A stretch of 64,000 nt of DNA, taken from Dehalococcoidia bacterium. GTDB taxonomy: Bacteria; Chloroflexota; Dehalococcoidia; UBA2979. A program made the position numbers and the translations under genes. Below the pieces are notes generated by a model. It was not told the DNA's origin, did not search any database, and worked only from the letters and a program-made list of their open reading frames with translations. Below, piece by piece: positions 55,564 to 64,000 of this stretch; positions within the stretch are counted from its first letter, which is position 1; every line of letters starts with the position of its first letter. Location: positions 137,393 through 201,392 of the forward strand of contig CAXXXY010000007.1 in assembly GCA_963667515.2 (NCBI GenBank), in the 5' to 3' direction.

Positions 55564-55995
55564 ATGCATGGAGCGCGCGTGACCAACGAGGGCGAGAGCA
55601 CAAGCGCGGGCGGGCCCGGCGGCCCGCCTCGCGACGAGCGGCCGGATCGCGGCGGCGGAGGTGGGTTCGACCGCGGCGGCGGCGGCGGCGGGGGCTTCGA
55701 CCGCGGCGACCGCGGAGGCCGCGGCGGTGGCGGTGGCGACCGCGGGCGACGCCCGCGGCGGCGCGGCTGCGAGTTCTGCGGCGACGACGCGCGCCTCGTC
55801 GACTACAAGGACACGGGCCTGCTGTCGCGCTACCTCACCGAGCGCGCCAAGATGGACGACCGGAAAAAGGGCGGCGCCTGCGCCAAGCACCAGCGCGCCG
55901 TGTCCACGGCCGTCAAGCGCGCGCGATTCCTCGCGCTGCTCCCCTACACGGCGGAGCACGTGCGCATCTCGGGCGTGAACCCCGTCCGGCGCTAG
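55564..55995 (+). CDS. rpsR: 30S ribosomal protein S18 with Gly/Arg-rich N-terminal extension
   Basis: CEFCGDDARLVDYKDTGLLSRYLTERAKM..ACAKHQRAVSTAVKRARFLALLPY core. Preceded by [38 protein letters not shown]. Start is 55564 or GTG 55579. Confidence 0.82.
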   Translation: MHGARVTNEGESTSAGGPGGPPRDERPDRGGGGGFDRGGGGGGGFDRGDRGGRGGGGGDRGRRPRRRGCEFCGDDARLVDYKDTGLLSRYLTERAKMDDRKKGGACAKHQRAVSTAVKRARFLALLPYTAEHVRISGVNPVRR

Positions 55996-56052
55996 ACGCG
56001 CGCCCCGGGGGCCGCGAGGGCGACTGCCCGGGCGGCGTGCAACCCGGGCGGC

Positions 56053-57090
56053 GTGCGGCCCTGGGTGGCGGGCGGCAGGGAGCGCGAGCGGGTGGCCGGT
56101 AGCCAGGCGGAGCGGGTCAGCGCCAGGGAGCGTCAGGAGCGCGACGAGCGCCGGCAGCGGCGCATCGTGCTCGCGGGCGTCGGCGTGCTGGTGTCCGCGG
56201 CCGTCATCGTCGCCGTCGGCCTCTTCGTTACGCAGTACCTCCCCCCGCGCGCACGCGTGCTCAGCATCGAGGGCGAGAGCGTCTCCGCGAGCGGGCTCGT
56301 GGACCACGCGATGCGGATCGTGATCCTCGAGCCGAATCTGCGGGGGCCCGCGATCGGCGAGCTGCCGGCGTTCACGCTCGAGCGGCTGATCGACGAGGAG
56401 GCGCTGCGCTCCGCGGCCGGCGCCGAGCTCGGCGCCCCCGGCGAGGAGCGGCGCGCCGCCGAGGGGCGTGCGCTGCTGCAGCTCCCCGACGACGCGGACG
56501 ACGTGGCCTTCGCCGAGACGCTCACGGACGTGCTGCGGCGCACGGGCCTCTCGCGCGACGACTTCGACGCCGTCGTGGAGGCGCGCATCCAGGAGGCGGC
56601 CGTGCGCGCTGGCATCGAGGAGGAGCTGGGCGAGAGCGCGGTGCAGCTGCGGCTGCGGCGCATCCGCGTGGCGGACGAGGCCCGCGCACAGGAGCTGCGC
56701 GAGCAGGCGCTCGCCGGCGCCGACTTCGGCGAGCTGGCGGACGAGGCCTCGCTGGACGCGGCGAGCGAGCCAGGCGGCGACCTCGGCTGGCTGCTCGCCG
56801 AGCGCATCGAGCTCCCGATCGCCTCGGCGGTCGCCGGCCTCGCGCCCGGCGAGATCACGGAGCCGCTGCCCGTCGGCTTCTTCTTCGAGCTCTACCTGCT
56901 GGAGGAGCGCGACGAGGAGCGGGCGCTGGAGGAGGAGCAGGTCGCGGAGCTGGTGGGGGCGCGCATGGACGAGTGGCTCGCTGCCGCGCGCGGCAGCATC
57001 GACTTCGAGCGCGACCTCTCCTCCGGCGAGGAGGAGTGGGTGGCGGAGCGCTTCCAGAGCCGCTTCGTCGACGATCTGCAGCACCGCTGA
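56053..57090 (+). CDS. Membrane-anchored parvulin-type peptidyl-prolyl isomerase (PrsA/SurA-like)
   Basis: N-terminal TM helix. PpiC block RLRRIRVADEARAQEL..GGDLGWL. Confidence 0.7.
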   Translation: MRPWVAGGRERERVAGSQAERVSARERQERDERRQRRIVLAGVGVLVSAAVIVAVGLFVTQYLPPRARVLSIEGESVSASGLVDHAMRIVILEPNLRGPAIGELPAFTLERLIDEEALRSAAGAELGAPGEERRAAEGRALLQLPDDADDVAFAETLTDVLRRTGLSRDDFDAVVEARIQEAAVRAGIEEELGESAVQLRLRRIRVADEARAQELREQALAGADFGELADEASLDAASEPGGDLGWLLAERIELPIASAVAGLAPGEITEPLPVGFFFELYLLEERDEERALEEEQVAELVGARMDEWLAAARGSIDFERDLSSGEEEWVAERFQSRFVDDLQHR

Positions 57091-58442
57091 TGGGCGCATC
57101 GCTGGCGGACGGGCCGATCGGCATCGCGCTGCTGGGCGCGGGCACCGTGGGGCAGGGCGTCGCGCGGGCCCTCGAGGCGGGCGCGGCGCGCTACGCGGCG
57201 CGGGTGGGCCGCCCGCTGGCGCTGCGCGGCGTGCTGGTGCGCGACGCCGCCCGCCCGCGTGACGGCGTTCCCGCCGAGCGGCTGACCACCGACCTCGACG
57301 CGCTGCTCGCCGACGAGGCGACCCACATCGTCGTGGAGCTGCTGGGCGGCGAGGAGCCGGCGCGCGCCTACATCGAGCGTGCGCTCCGCTCCGGGCGCCA
57401 CGTCGTCACCGCGAACAAGGAGGTGATGGCGAAGCACGGCGCGGCGCTGCTCGCGCTCGCCGCCGAGCGCGGCGTGCGGCTGCTCTACGAGGCGGCGGTC
57501 GGCGGCGGCATCCCGATCATCAGCCCGCTCTCGCGCGACCTGCTCGCCAACGAGATCACCGCCGTCACCGCGATCATCAACGGCACCACCAACTACATGC
57601 TCACGGAGATGGCGCGTGGCGCCGAGTACGCCGAGGCGCTCGCCGAGGCGCAGCGCCGGGGCTACGCCGAGCCCGACCCGACCGCCGACGTGGAGGGGGA
57701 GGACGCGGCGTACAAGCTCGCGATCCTCTGCGGCCTCGCGTTCCACGTCGCGGTGCCGCCCGCGGCCGTCTCGCGGCAGGGGATCCGCGGCCTCACCGCC
57801 AGCGACCTCCGCTACGCCAAGGGGCTGGGCTACGCGATCAAGCTGCTGGCGCAGGGGCGGATGGCGCCCGGCGCGGACGGCGGCGAGCTGATCGCGACGG
57901 TCGCGCCCACGCTGATCGCGCTCGACGAGCCGCTCGCCAAGGTGGACGGCGTGCTCAACGCCGTGCAGCTGGAGGGCGACCTGGTGGGCCGCGTGCTGTT
58001 CGAGGGCGCGGGCGCCGGTCCCCTGCCGACGGCGAGCGCCGTGCTCGCCGACGTGCTCGACGCGGCGCGCGACGTGGCGACGGGTCGCCGCCCACCGGAG
58101 GCCGCGCCGTTCGCGCCCGCCCGCGTGCGCCCGCCGGAGCAGGTCGTCTCCGCGCACTACCTGCGGCTCACCGTGGCCGATCACGCCGGGGTGCTCGCGG
58201 GCATCGCGGGCATCCTCGGGCGGCACGAGATCAGCCTGGCCTCGGTGATGCAGTCGGCGGCCGACGCCGAGGCGCGCACCGCCGAGATCGTGATCACCAC
58301 GCATCCCGCGCCCACCGGCCGGCTGCGCGCGGCGCTGGACGGCATCGCGGCGCTCGCGGGCGACGTGCTGGAGATCGGCAGCGTGCTGCCGATCCACGGC
58401 GACGGCGAAGGCGATGGCGACGGCGACGGGGGTGAGTGGTGA
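57090..58442 (+). CDS. hom: Homoserine dehydrogenase with ACT domain
   Basis: IGIALLGAGTVGQGV, VVTANKE, INGTTNYMLTEM, AEPDPTADVEGEDAAYKLAIL. C-terminal ACT-like region and a GDGEGDGDGDGGEW tail. Confidence 0.9.
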   Translation: MGASLADGPIGIALLGAGTVGQGVARALEAGAARYAARVGRPLALRGVLVRDAARPRDGVPAERLTTDLDALLADEATHIVVELLGGEEPARAYIERALRSGRHVVTANKEVMAKHGAALLALAAERGVRLLYEAAVGGGIPIISPLSRDLLANEITAVTAIINGTTNYMLTEMARGAEYAEALAEAQRRGYAEPDPTADVEGEDAAYKLAILCGLAFHVAVPPAAVSRQGIRGLTASDLRYAKGLGYAIKLLAQGRMAPGADGGELIATVAPTLIALDEPLAKVDGVLNAVQLEGDLVGRVLFEGAGAGPLPTASAVLADVLDAARDVATGRRPPEAAPFAPARVRPPEQVVSAHYLRLTVADHAGVLAGIAGILGRHEISLASVMQSAADAEARTAEIVITTHPAPTGRLRAALDGIAALAGDVLEIGSVLPIHGDGEGDGDGDGGEW

Positions 58443-59524
58443 GCCCCGACCAGCCGGGGCCGCGCCCCGTCAGCGCCGCGACGGGGCTCGCGCCTGCTGC
58501 GCTCGCCGGCGCCGAGCCGGGCGCCGGGTGGCTGGAGGGCGAGCTGACGCAGGCGCGGCGGCTGCTGACGGCGCTCGAGCGGGAGCTCGTGGAGCTGCGC
58601 GGCGAGGTGGCGCAGCACCGCGGCGAGCTCTCCGCCATCGAGCAGGGGCTCGCCACCGTCTCGGGCCGCACCGAGCGCCACGAGGCGGGCCAGCAGCTCG
58701 CGCGGGACGCCCGCCGCGAGGTGGACGCGCTGCGCGAGCGGCTGGAGGAGGAGGCGGCGCTGCGCCGCGAGCTGGCCGAGCGGCTGGCGCGCGTCGCCGA
58801 GCGCGATGGCGTGGAGGAGGGCGCGCACCAGCGCACGCTGGAGGCGCTTGCCTCGCGGGTCGCCGAGCTGGAGGGGCGGCAGCAGGCCGCGGGCGAGCGC
58901 GAGCGCCGCATCACCGTCGAGCTCGCCGGGCAGGACGCCGACGAGGACGAGGTGGAGGGCCGCCTCGCGGTCGCGGAGCGGGAGGTCGCGGCGGAGCGCG
59001 ACGCGGGCCGGCGCACGGCCGAGGAGATCGCGCGGCTCGCGGCGGCGCTCCCGCCCGTGCTCGCCACGGTCGAGGAGCTCGTGACCCGCGCGCGCGCGCT
59101 GGGCGCCGACCAGCGCCGCCTCGACGACGACGTGGCCACGCTGCGCAGCGAGCGCGAGCGCGAGTCCGAGCTGCTGGAGGTGGTGGAGCAGCAGCGCGCG
59201 GCGCGTCACCGGCTGGAGGAGCGCGTCGCCGGGCTGGAGGAGCGGCTGGTCGAGAGTGGCGCTCGCCTCGACGCCGCTGAGGAGGATCGCGCGCTCGTGC
59301 GCCGCGAGCTGGCGGGCGCCGCCGAGCGGCTGCGCGCGCTGGGCGAGGAGCTGGAGGGCCAGCGCCTCGCGGTGGTGGAGCATGCGCGCCGCCGCACCCG
59401 CGCCGACGAGGACGCCGCGCGCCGCCGCGCCGACGAGCTGGATCGCGAGGTCCGCGTGGCGCGCGACCTGCTGGTGCGCCTCTCCGAGGGCTCCGAGCAG
59501 GCCGGGCGGGAGCAGCCCCTATGA
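58436..59524 (+). CDS. Coiled-coil protein (362 aa), unknown function
   Basis: Continuous Glu/Arg/Leu/Ala heptad-like sequence and a GC3-biased frame. Overlaps the hom stop by 7 nt. Confidence 0.55.
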   Translation: MVSPDQPGPRPVSAATGLAPAALAGAEPGAGWLEGELTQARRLLTALERELVELRGEVAQHRGELSAIEQGLATVSGRTERHEAGQQLARDARREVDALRERLEEEAALRRELAERLARVAERDGVEEGAHQRTLEALASRVAELEGRQQAAGERERRITVELAGQDADEDEVEGRLAVAEREVAAERDAGRRTAEEIARLAAALPPVLATVEELVTRARALGADQRRLDDDVATLRSERERESELLEVVEQQRAARHRLEERVAGLEERLVESGARLDAAEEDRALVRRELAGAAERLRALGEELEGQRLAVVEHARRRTRADEDAARRRADELDREVRVARDLLVRLSEGSEQAGREQPL

Positions 59525-59618
59525 GCGCGTCCCGCTATGCTTCGCTCGGCGCGCGGTCCTGCCCGTGCGTGGCCGTGAGCGCGTCCCCGATCCGCGCGCC
59601 ACTGATCGGCGGGTCGCT

Positions 59619-60707
59619 GTGACCGCGGGGCCCGGCGCGCGCACCGGCGAGTCCGCGTCGCGCTTCATCATGGAGCGCTACCGCGATCTGCTGCCCGTCA
59701 CCGAGGCGACGCCGCTGGTGACGCTGGGCGAGGGCGGGACGCCGCTGGTGCGCTCGCGCGTGCTGGAGGGCGAGCTCGGCCTCGGCGAGCTCTGGTTCAA
59801 GCTCGAGTCGACGAACCCCACGGGCTCCTTCAAGGACCGCGGGATGGTGGTGGCCGTCGCCAAGGCCGCGGAGGAGGGCGCGCGCGCCGTGCTCTGCGCC
59901 TCCACCGGCAACACCTCCGCCTCGGCGGCGGCCTACGCGGCGCGGCACGGGCTGCGCGCCTACGTGCTGGTGCCCGCGGGGCACATCGCGATGGGCAAGC
60001 TCGCGCAGGCGGTGGCGCACGGCGCCGAGGTGGTGGCCGTGGACGGCTCCTTCGATCGCTGCCTCGCGATCGCGCGCGAGCTTGCCGAGCGCGAGGCGGT
60101 GGCGCTCGTGAACTCGGTCAACCCGCACCGCATCGCGGGCCAGAAGACCGCCGCCTTCGAGGTCGTCGACGATCTCGGTGACGCGCCGGACCTGCTCTCG
60201 ATCCCGGTCGGCAACGCCGGCAACATCACCGCCTACTGGGCGGGCTTCGTGGAGTACCGGCTGCAGGAGCGCTCGCTGCGCACGCCGCGGATGTGGGGCT
60301 TCCAGGCGGAGGGCGCGGCGCCGCTGGTGCGGGGCGCGCCGGTCGCCGAGCCCGAGACGGTGGCGACCGCGATCCGCATCGGCAACCCCGCGTCGTGGCA
60401 GGGCGCCATCGCCGCTCGCGACGACTCCGCCGGCCGCATCGAGGCCGTGAGCGACGAGCGCATTCTCGAGGCGTACCGCCGCCTCGCCGCCGACGAGGGC
60501 GTCTTCTGCGAGCCGGCCTCGGCCGCCTCGATCGCCGGTCTTTTCGCGATGGTGGAGGCGGGCGAGAGCCTCGCGGGGCTGACCGCGGTGGCCGTCATCA
60601 CCGGCTCCGGGCTGAAGGACCCCGAGGCCGCGCTGCGCGTGCCCGCGGTGCGCCACGACACCCCCGCCGACGCCGATGCGGTGGCGCGCGCCCTCGGCTG
60701 GCGCTGA
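59619..60707 (+). CDS. thrC: Threonine synthase
   Basis: ERYRDLLPVTEATPLVTLGEGGTPL, ESTNPTGSFKDRGM (PLP lysine), CASTGNTSAS, IPVGNAGNITAY. Start is GTG 59619 or ATG 59670. Confidence 0.9.
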   Translation: MTAGPGARTGESASRFIMERYRDLLPVTEATPLVTLGEGGTPLVRSRVLEGELGLGELWFKLESTNPTGSFKDRGMVVAVAKAAEEGARAVLCASTGNTSASAAAYAARHGLRAYVLVPAGHIAMGKLAQAVAHGAEVVAVDGSFDRCLAIARELAEREAVALVNSVNPHRIAGQKTAAFEVVDDLGDAPDLLSIPVGNAGNITAYWAGFVEYRLQERSLRTPRMWGFQAEGAAPLVRGAPVAEPETVATAIRIGNPASWQGAIAARDDSAGRIEAVSDERILEAYRRLAADEGVFCEPASAASIAGLFAMVEAGESLAGLTAVAVITGSGLKDPEAALRVPAVRHDTPADADAVARALGWR

Positions 60708-60778
60708 CGGCCGGAGCCGAGGAGGCTCGCGGGCCGGGTCGCTCGGTGATCGGGGGCACGGGAGGCGCCGGGGGTGCG

Positions 60779-60787
60779 TGCTACGAT
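60779..60787 (+). promoter_or_regulatory. Possible extended -10 (TGcTACGAT) upstream of folE
   Basis: Lies 59 nt upstream of ATG 60846. Confidence 0.3.
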
Positions 60788-60845
60788 CGGGCCGACGGCG
60801 CGGCCCGGGATCTACGGGCGGCCCCCCCTCGGAAGGACTCCCGCG

Positions 60846-61448
60846 ATGACCCTCTCGCCCGCGCTCGGCGCGCCGGCCGTGCACCCCTTCGACGCCGAGG
60901 CCGTGGAGGAGAGCCTGCACACGCTGATCCGCTCGCTGGGCGAGGACGCGGGTCGCGAGGGCCTGGCCGGCACGCCCGAGCGCATGACGCGGATGTACCG
61001 CGAGCTCTTCGAGGGGCTGTTCCTCGACCCGGAGGAGGTGCTCTCCGTCGGCTTCGAGGAGGGGCACGACGAGATGGTGATTCTGCGCGAGATCCCCTTC
61101 TACTCGATGTGCGAGCATCACTTCCTCCCGTTCCACGGCCAGGCGCATGTCGGCTACCTGCCGGACGGTCGCATCGTCGGGCTCTCGAAGATCGCGCGGG
61201 CCGTGGAGATCTTCGCCAAGCGCCCGCAGGTGCAGGAGCGGATGACCACGCAGATCGCCGAGTGCGTCGAGCGCGTGCTCGGGGCGCGCGGGGTAGGCGT
61301 GGTGATCGAGGCGGAGCACCTCTGCATGACCGCGCGCGGCGTGCGCAAGCCCGGCTCGCGCATGGTCACCTCGGCGATGCGCGGCCTCTTCCGCCACGAC
61401 CCGCAGTCCCGCTCAGAGTTCCTGCAGCTGATCCGCGCGCAGTCATAG
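60846..61448 (+). CDS. folE: GTP cyclohydrolase I
   Basis: [40 protein letters not shown]. Confidence 0.92.
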   Translation: MTLSPALGAPAVHPFDAEAVEESLHTLIRSLGEDAGREGLAGTPERMTRMYRELFEGLFLDPEEVLSVGFEEGHDEMVILREIPFYSMCEHHFLPFHGQAHVGYLPDGRIVGLSKIARAVEIFAKRPQVQERMTTQIAECVERVLGARGVGVVIEAEHLCMTARGVRKPGSRMVTSAMRGLFRHDPQSRSEFLQLIRAQS

Positions 61449-61455
61449 CCGCCGC

Positions 61456-62730
61456 GTGACGCTCTCGCTGGTCGACCGTGCGCCCGCGCGCCGCGTCGCG
61501 ATGCTCTCGCTCCACACCTCGCCGCTTGCCGCGCCGGGCGGGCCGGTCTCGGGCGGGATGAACGTCTACGTGCGCGAGGTGGCCGCCGAGCTGGCGCGCG
61601 GCGGCATCGCCGTCGATGTCTTCACCCGCCGCGAGGAGGTCGCGGCGCCGGAAGTTCAGGAGCTGGCGCCGGGCGCGCGCCTCGTGCAGGTAGAGGCGGG
61701 GCCGGTCGCGCCTCTGCTCCCCGCCGCGCTCACCGCGCACGTCGACGCCTTCGCCGCCGGCGTGGAGGCGTACGCGGCGCGCGAGGGCGTCTGCTACGAC
61801 ATCGTGCACGCGCACTACTGGCTCTCGGCGCTGGCGGGCGAGCGGCTGGCGGAGCGCTGGGACGTGCCGCACGCCGCGATGTTCCACACGCTCGGCGAGG
61901 TGAAGCGCCGCGCGCTCGCCTCGCAGCGCGAGCCCGAGGCGCGGCTCGCCGCCGAGCGGCAACTCGTGCACGCCGCTGACCGCGTGGTCGCCGCCACCGC
62001 GCACGAGGTGCGGCTGCTGCGCCAGATCTACGGGGTGCCGCCGTCGCGCACGCGCGTGGTGCCGCTGGGCGTCGACCTCGATCGCTTCCGCCCGCGCGAC
62101 CGCGGCGAGGCGCGCGCCGAGCTGGGCCTCGCGCCCGAGGCGCGCATCGTGCTCACGGTCTGCCGCATCCAGCCGCTGAAGGGCCTAGACATCCTGATCC
62201 GCGCGCTGGCGCAGCTCTGCCGACCGGGTGGCGCCGAGGGCGTCGAGCTGCTGATAGCAGGCGGCGTGGAGCAGGCCGCCGAGGAGATCGGCCGGCTGCG
62301 CGCACTGGCGGAGGAGCTGGGCGTCGAGGGGCGGCTGCGCTTCCTCGGCACCGTCCCGCATGAGCGGCTTCCCGCCTACTACGCCGCCGCCGATGTCGTC
62401 GCCGTCCCCTCCTTCTACGAGTCCTTCGGGCTGGCGGCGGTGGAGGCGATGGCCTCGGGCGTGCCGGTGGTGGCCTCCCGCGTGGGCGGGCTCGCGTCCA
62501 CCGTGCATGACGGGCGCACCGGCTACCTCGTCCCGTGGCGCTGCCCGGAGCCCTTCGCCGAGCGCATCGAGCTGCTGCTGCGCAACGAGCCGCTCCGGCG
62601 CTCGCTGGGCGCCGCGGGCGCGCGCGCGATGCGACGCTACGCGTGGAGCGCCGTCGCCGCCGAGCTCGCCGCGCTCTACGAGGAGCTGGTGGCGGAGCAC
62701 GCGCGGCCGGCCGCGGCCGGCGGCTGCTGA
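61456..62730 (+). CDS. GT4 glycosyltransferase, MshA-like
   Basis: VAMLSLHTSPLAAPGGPVSGGMNVYV resembles the MshA N-terminal signature. C-terminal YESFGLAAVEAMASGVPVVASRVGGL. Confidence 0.7.
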   Translation: MTLSLVDRAPARRVAMLSLHTSPLAAPGGPVSGGMNVYVREVAAELARGGIAVDVFTRREEVAAPEVQELAPGARLVQVEAGPVAPLLPAALTAHVDAFAAGVEAYAAREGVCYDIVHAHYWLSALAGERLAERWDVPHAAMFHTLGEVKRRALASQREPEARLAAERQLVHAADRVVAATAHEVRLLRQIYGVPPSRTRVVPLGVDLDRFRPRDRGEARAELGLAPEARIVLTVCRIQPLKGLDILIRALAQLCRPGGAEGVELLIAGGVEQAAEEIGRLRALAEELGVEGRLRFLGTVPHERLPAYYAAADVVAVPSFYESFGLAAVEAMASGVPVVASRVGGLASTVHDGRTGYLVPWRCPEPFAERIELLLRNEPLRRSLGAAGARAMRRYAWSAVAAELAALYEELVAEHARPAAAGGC

Positions 62731-62734
62731 GCAG

Positions 62735-63520
62735 ATGGTCGCCGCGCCCTCCCTCGCCGACGCGCCCGATCTCTTCGGCGCCCTCGCCACGCAGGGGCCG
62801 AAGCGGGCGATGGTGGTGATGGCGCACCCCGACGACAACGAGTTCCTCTGCGGGGGCACCGTCGCCACCCTCGCGCGACAGGGCTGGGAGGTCGATATCG
62901 TGGTCGCCACCAGCGGCAACAAGGGCACGAAGGACCCCGAGGTGACGCCGCAGTACCTCGCGGGGGTGCGCGAGGAGGAGCAGCGCCGCGCCGCCTCGAT
63001 CCTCGGCGCGCGCGAGCCCGTCTTCCTCGGCTTCCCCGACGGCGCGCTCGTGAACGACGACGAGCTGCGCGGCCTCGTGGTGCGGCAGCTGCGGGTGCGG
63101 CGACCGGAGCTCGCGATCACCTGGGACGGCTTCCGCCCCGGCTTCAACCACCGCGACCACCGCCGCGTCGGCCGCGCCACCTACGACGCGATCTACCCGG
63201 CCGCCGACGACCACCTCTACTACCCGCGCCACAAGGAGGAGGAGCTGGAGCCGCACCGCCCCGCCGTGCTGCTGCTGGCCGGCAGCGACGTGCCCGACTT
63301 CCACGTCGACATCGAGCCGGTGCTGCGCACGAAGGTGCGCGCCGTGCTCGCGCACACCTCGCAGATGGGCGGGCGCTCCGAGGCGGAGCTGATGCGCTTC
63401 TGGCGCGAACGGGCGCGCGAGCAACGGCGGACCGCCGCCGCGGCCGGCGCCGACGCCCCCGCCGACGAGGGCGACCCGCTCTTCCGCGAGTCCTTCCGCC
63501 GCGCGATCCTGCGACGCTGA
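62735..63520 (+). CDS. PIG-L family deacetylase (MshB/BshB-like)
   Basis: VVMAHPDDNEF, SGNKGT, HRDHRRV blocks. Confidence 0.75.
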   Translation: MVAAPSLADAPDLFGALATQGPKRAMVVMAHPDDNEFLCGGTVATLARQGWEVDIVVATSGNKGTKDPEVTPQYLAGVREEEQRRAASILGAREPVFLGFPDGALVNDDELRGLVVRQLRVRRPELAITWDGFRPGFNHRDHRRVGRATYDAIYPAADDHLYYPRHKEEELEPHRPAVLLLAGSDVPDFHVDIEPVLRTKVRAVLAHTSQMGGRSEAELMRFWRERAREQRRTAAAAGADAPADEGDPLFRESFRRAILRR

Positions 63521-63571
63521 TCAGGGCTGAAGAATTGGCCTGGCGTTCGAGCCGCTGAGGGCGCTCGACGG

Positions 63572-63745
63572 CTAGCTGCTGGGGCGAGGCTTCGCGTCGC
63601 CTCGTCGCTCCGTCGTTGGGGCATCTGTCGCCTGCCGCGGGATGAGGCCGGCGTGCTGAAGTGTCTCTTGCGCTGACTCCCCAAGCTGCTCGAGCGTGGC
63701 CTTCCCCGCTAGGTAGTCCTTGTAGACTTTCTTCGTGTCGCTCAT
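63572..63745 (-). CDS. Small hypothetical protein (57 aa)
   Basis: MSDTKKVYKDYLAGKATLEQLGES... Strong GGAGGAAGGGAG before the ATG. ATGA overlap with the upstream gene. Lower-GC segment. Confidence 0.5.
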   Translation of the reverse strand: MSDTKKVYKDYLAGKATLEQLGESAQETLQHAGLIPRQATDAPTTERRGDAKPRPSS

Positions 63746-64000
63746 CCGGGTCTCCCTTCCTCCGGCGAATCGAGAGAGATCAGGAACCTCGGCTCGTCAT
63801 AGGGCGCCCAGAACCAATGGCGCGGGTCAATCGATGTTGGCGGTCCCGGTTCACCGATAGACCTGGTGGCGATCGCCTGAAAGGCTCGGGGCTGGCCCAA
63901 CGCCTTCAAGTCCAAGACGATGATCGCGGCAGCCGTCCATTCCATTGTGTGCTCGAGGCGGAAATCCGCGTCCGGGTGGTCGCGGATGTAGCCGCATGTG
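63742..64000 (-). CDS. Hypothetical protein, 5' end outside window
   Basis: The frame is open to the window edge (..IRDHPDADFRLEHTMEWTAAAIIVLDLKALG..). Lower GC than the surrounding DNA. Confidence 0.4.
   Translation of the reverse strand, partial: TCGYIRDHPDADFRLEHTMEWTAAAIIVLDLKALGQPRAFQAIATRSIGEPGPPTSIDPRHWFWAPYDEPRFLISLDSPEEGRPG

Overview
Very GC-rich (more than 70% G+C by eye) bacterial chromosomal window. It is almost fully coding and mostly housekeeping. All calls come from reading the ORF translations and the DNA; no database search was possible.

Gene content in order:
- CoxE-like VWA gene (broken frame), tatA, an MBL hydrolase, murT-gatD, an M23 peptidase, lgt.
- A large sulfur-relay island (9.7-17.8 kb): SAM-I riboswitch, ThrC-like PLP enzyme, NIL protein, three MoaD/ThiS-type carriers, two CysK/M enzymes, one E1, a rhodanese, a JAMM protease and an Rrf2 regulator.
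- folP-folK, purF-purM-purH, a split cytochrome b6/subunit IV-Rieske-dihaem c operon, rpsU-yqeY-pgpH, purQ-DUF4389-purL.
- rplI-dnaB-dnaD-like-tandem dnaI-like, a MoaD-MoaE fusion, comF, pfkB, glyA, an acyl-CoA dehydrogenase.
- rpsF-ssb-rpsR, a parvulin PPIase, hom-(coiled coil)-thrC, folE, and an MshA-like GT4 plus a PIG-L deacetylase.

Main observations:
1. Five copies of one 1052-bp IS481-family element. Every copy is flanked by CTAG. Four sit exactly on the TAG stop codon of a host gene. One copy is decayed.
2. A dispersed 37-38-nt repeat with a covarying GC hairpin (NNNNCG-GAA-CGNNNN) at three intergenic loci, twice as inverted pairs.
3. A sulfur-carrier protein ending in three tandem SFLPALAGG diglycine tails that differ only at synonymous sites.
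4. TAG is the dominant stop codon among my calls.
5. Single-base frame breaks in several conserved genes, plus an in-frame TAG in one DUF4389 gene. These may be assembly indels or real decay.

No rRNA, tRNA or CRISPR array was seen. Lineage markers are mixed: DnaD/DnaI, PgpH/YqeY and split cytochrome b6 sit alongside an MshA-like gene, so I do not name a taxon.
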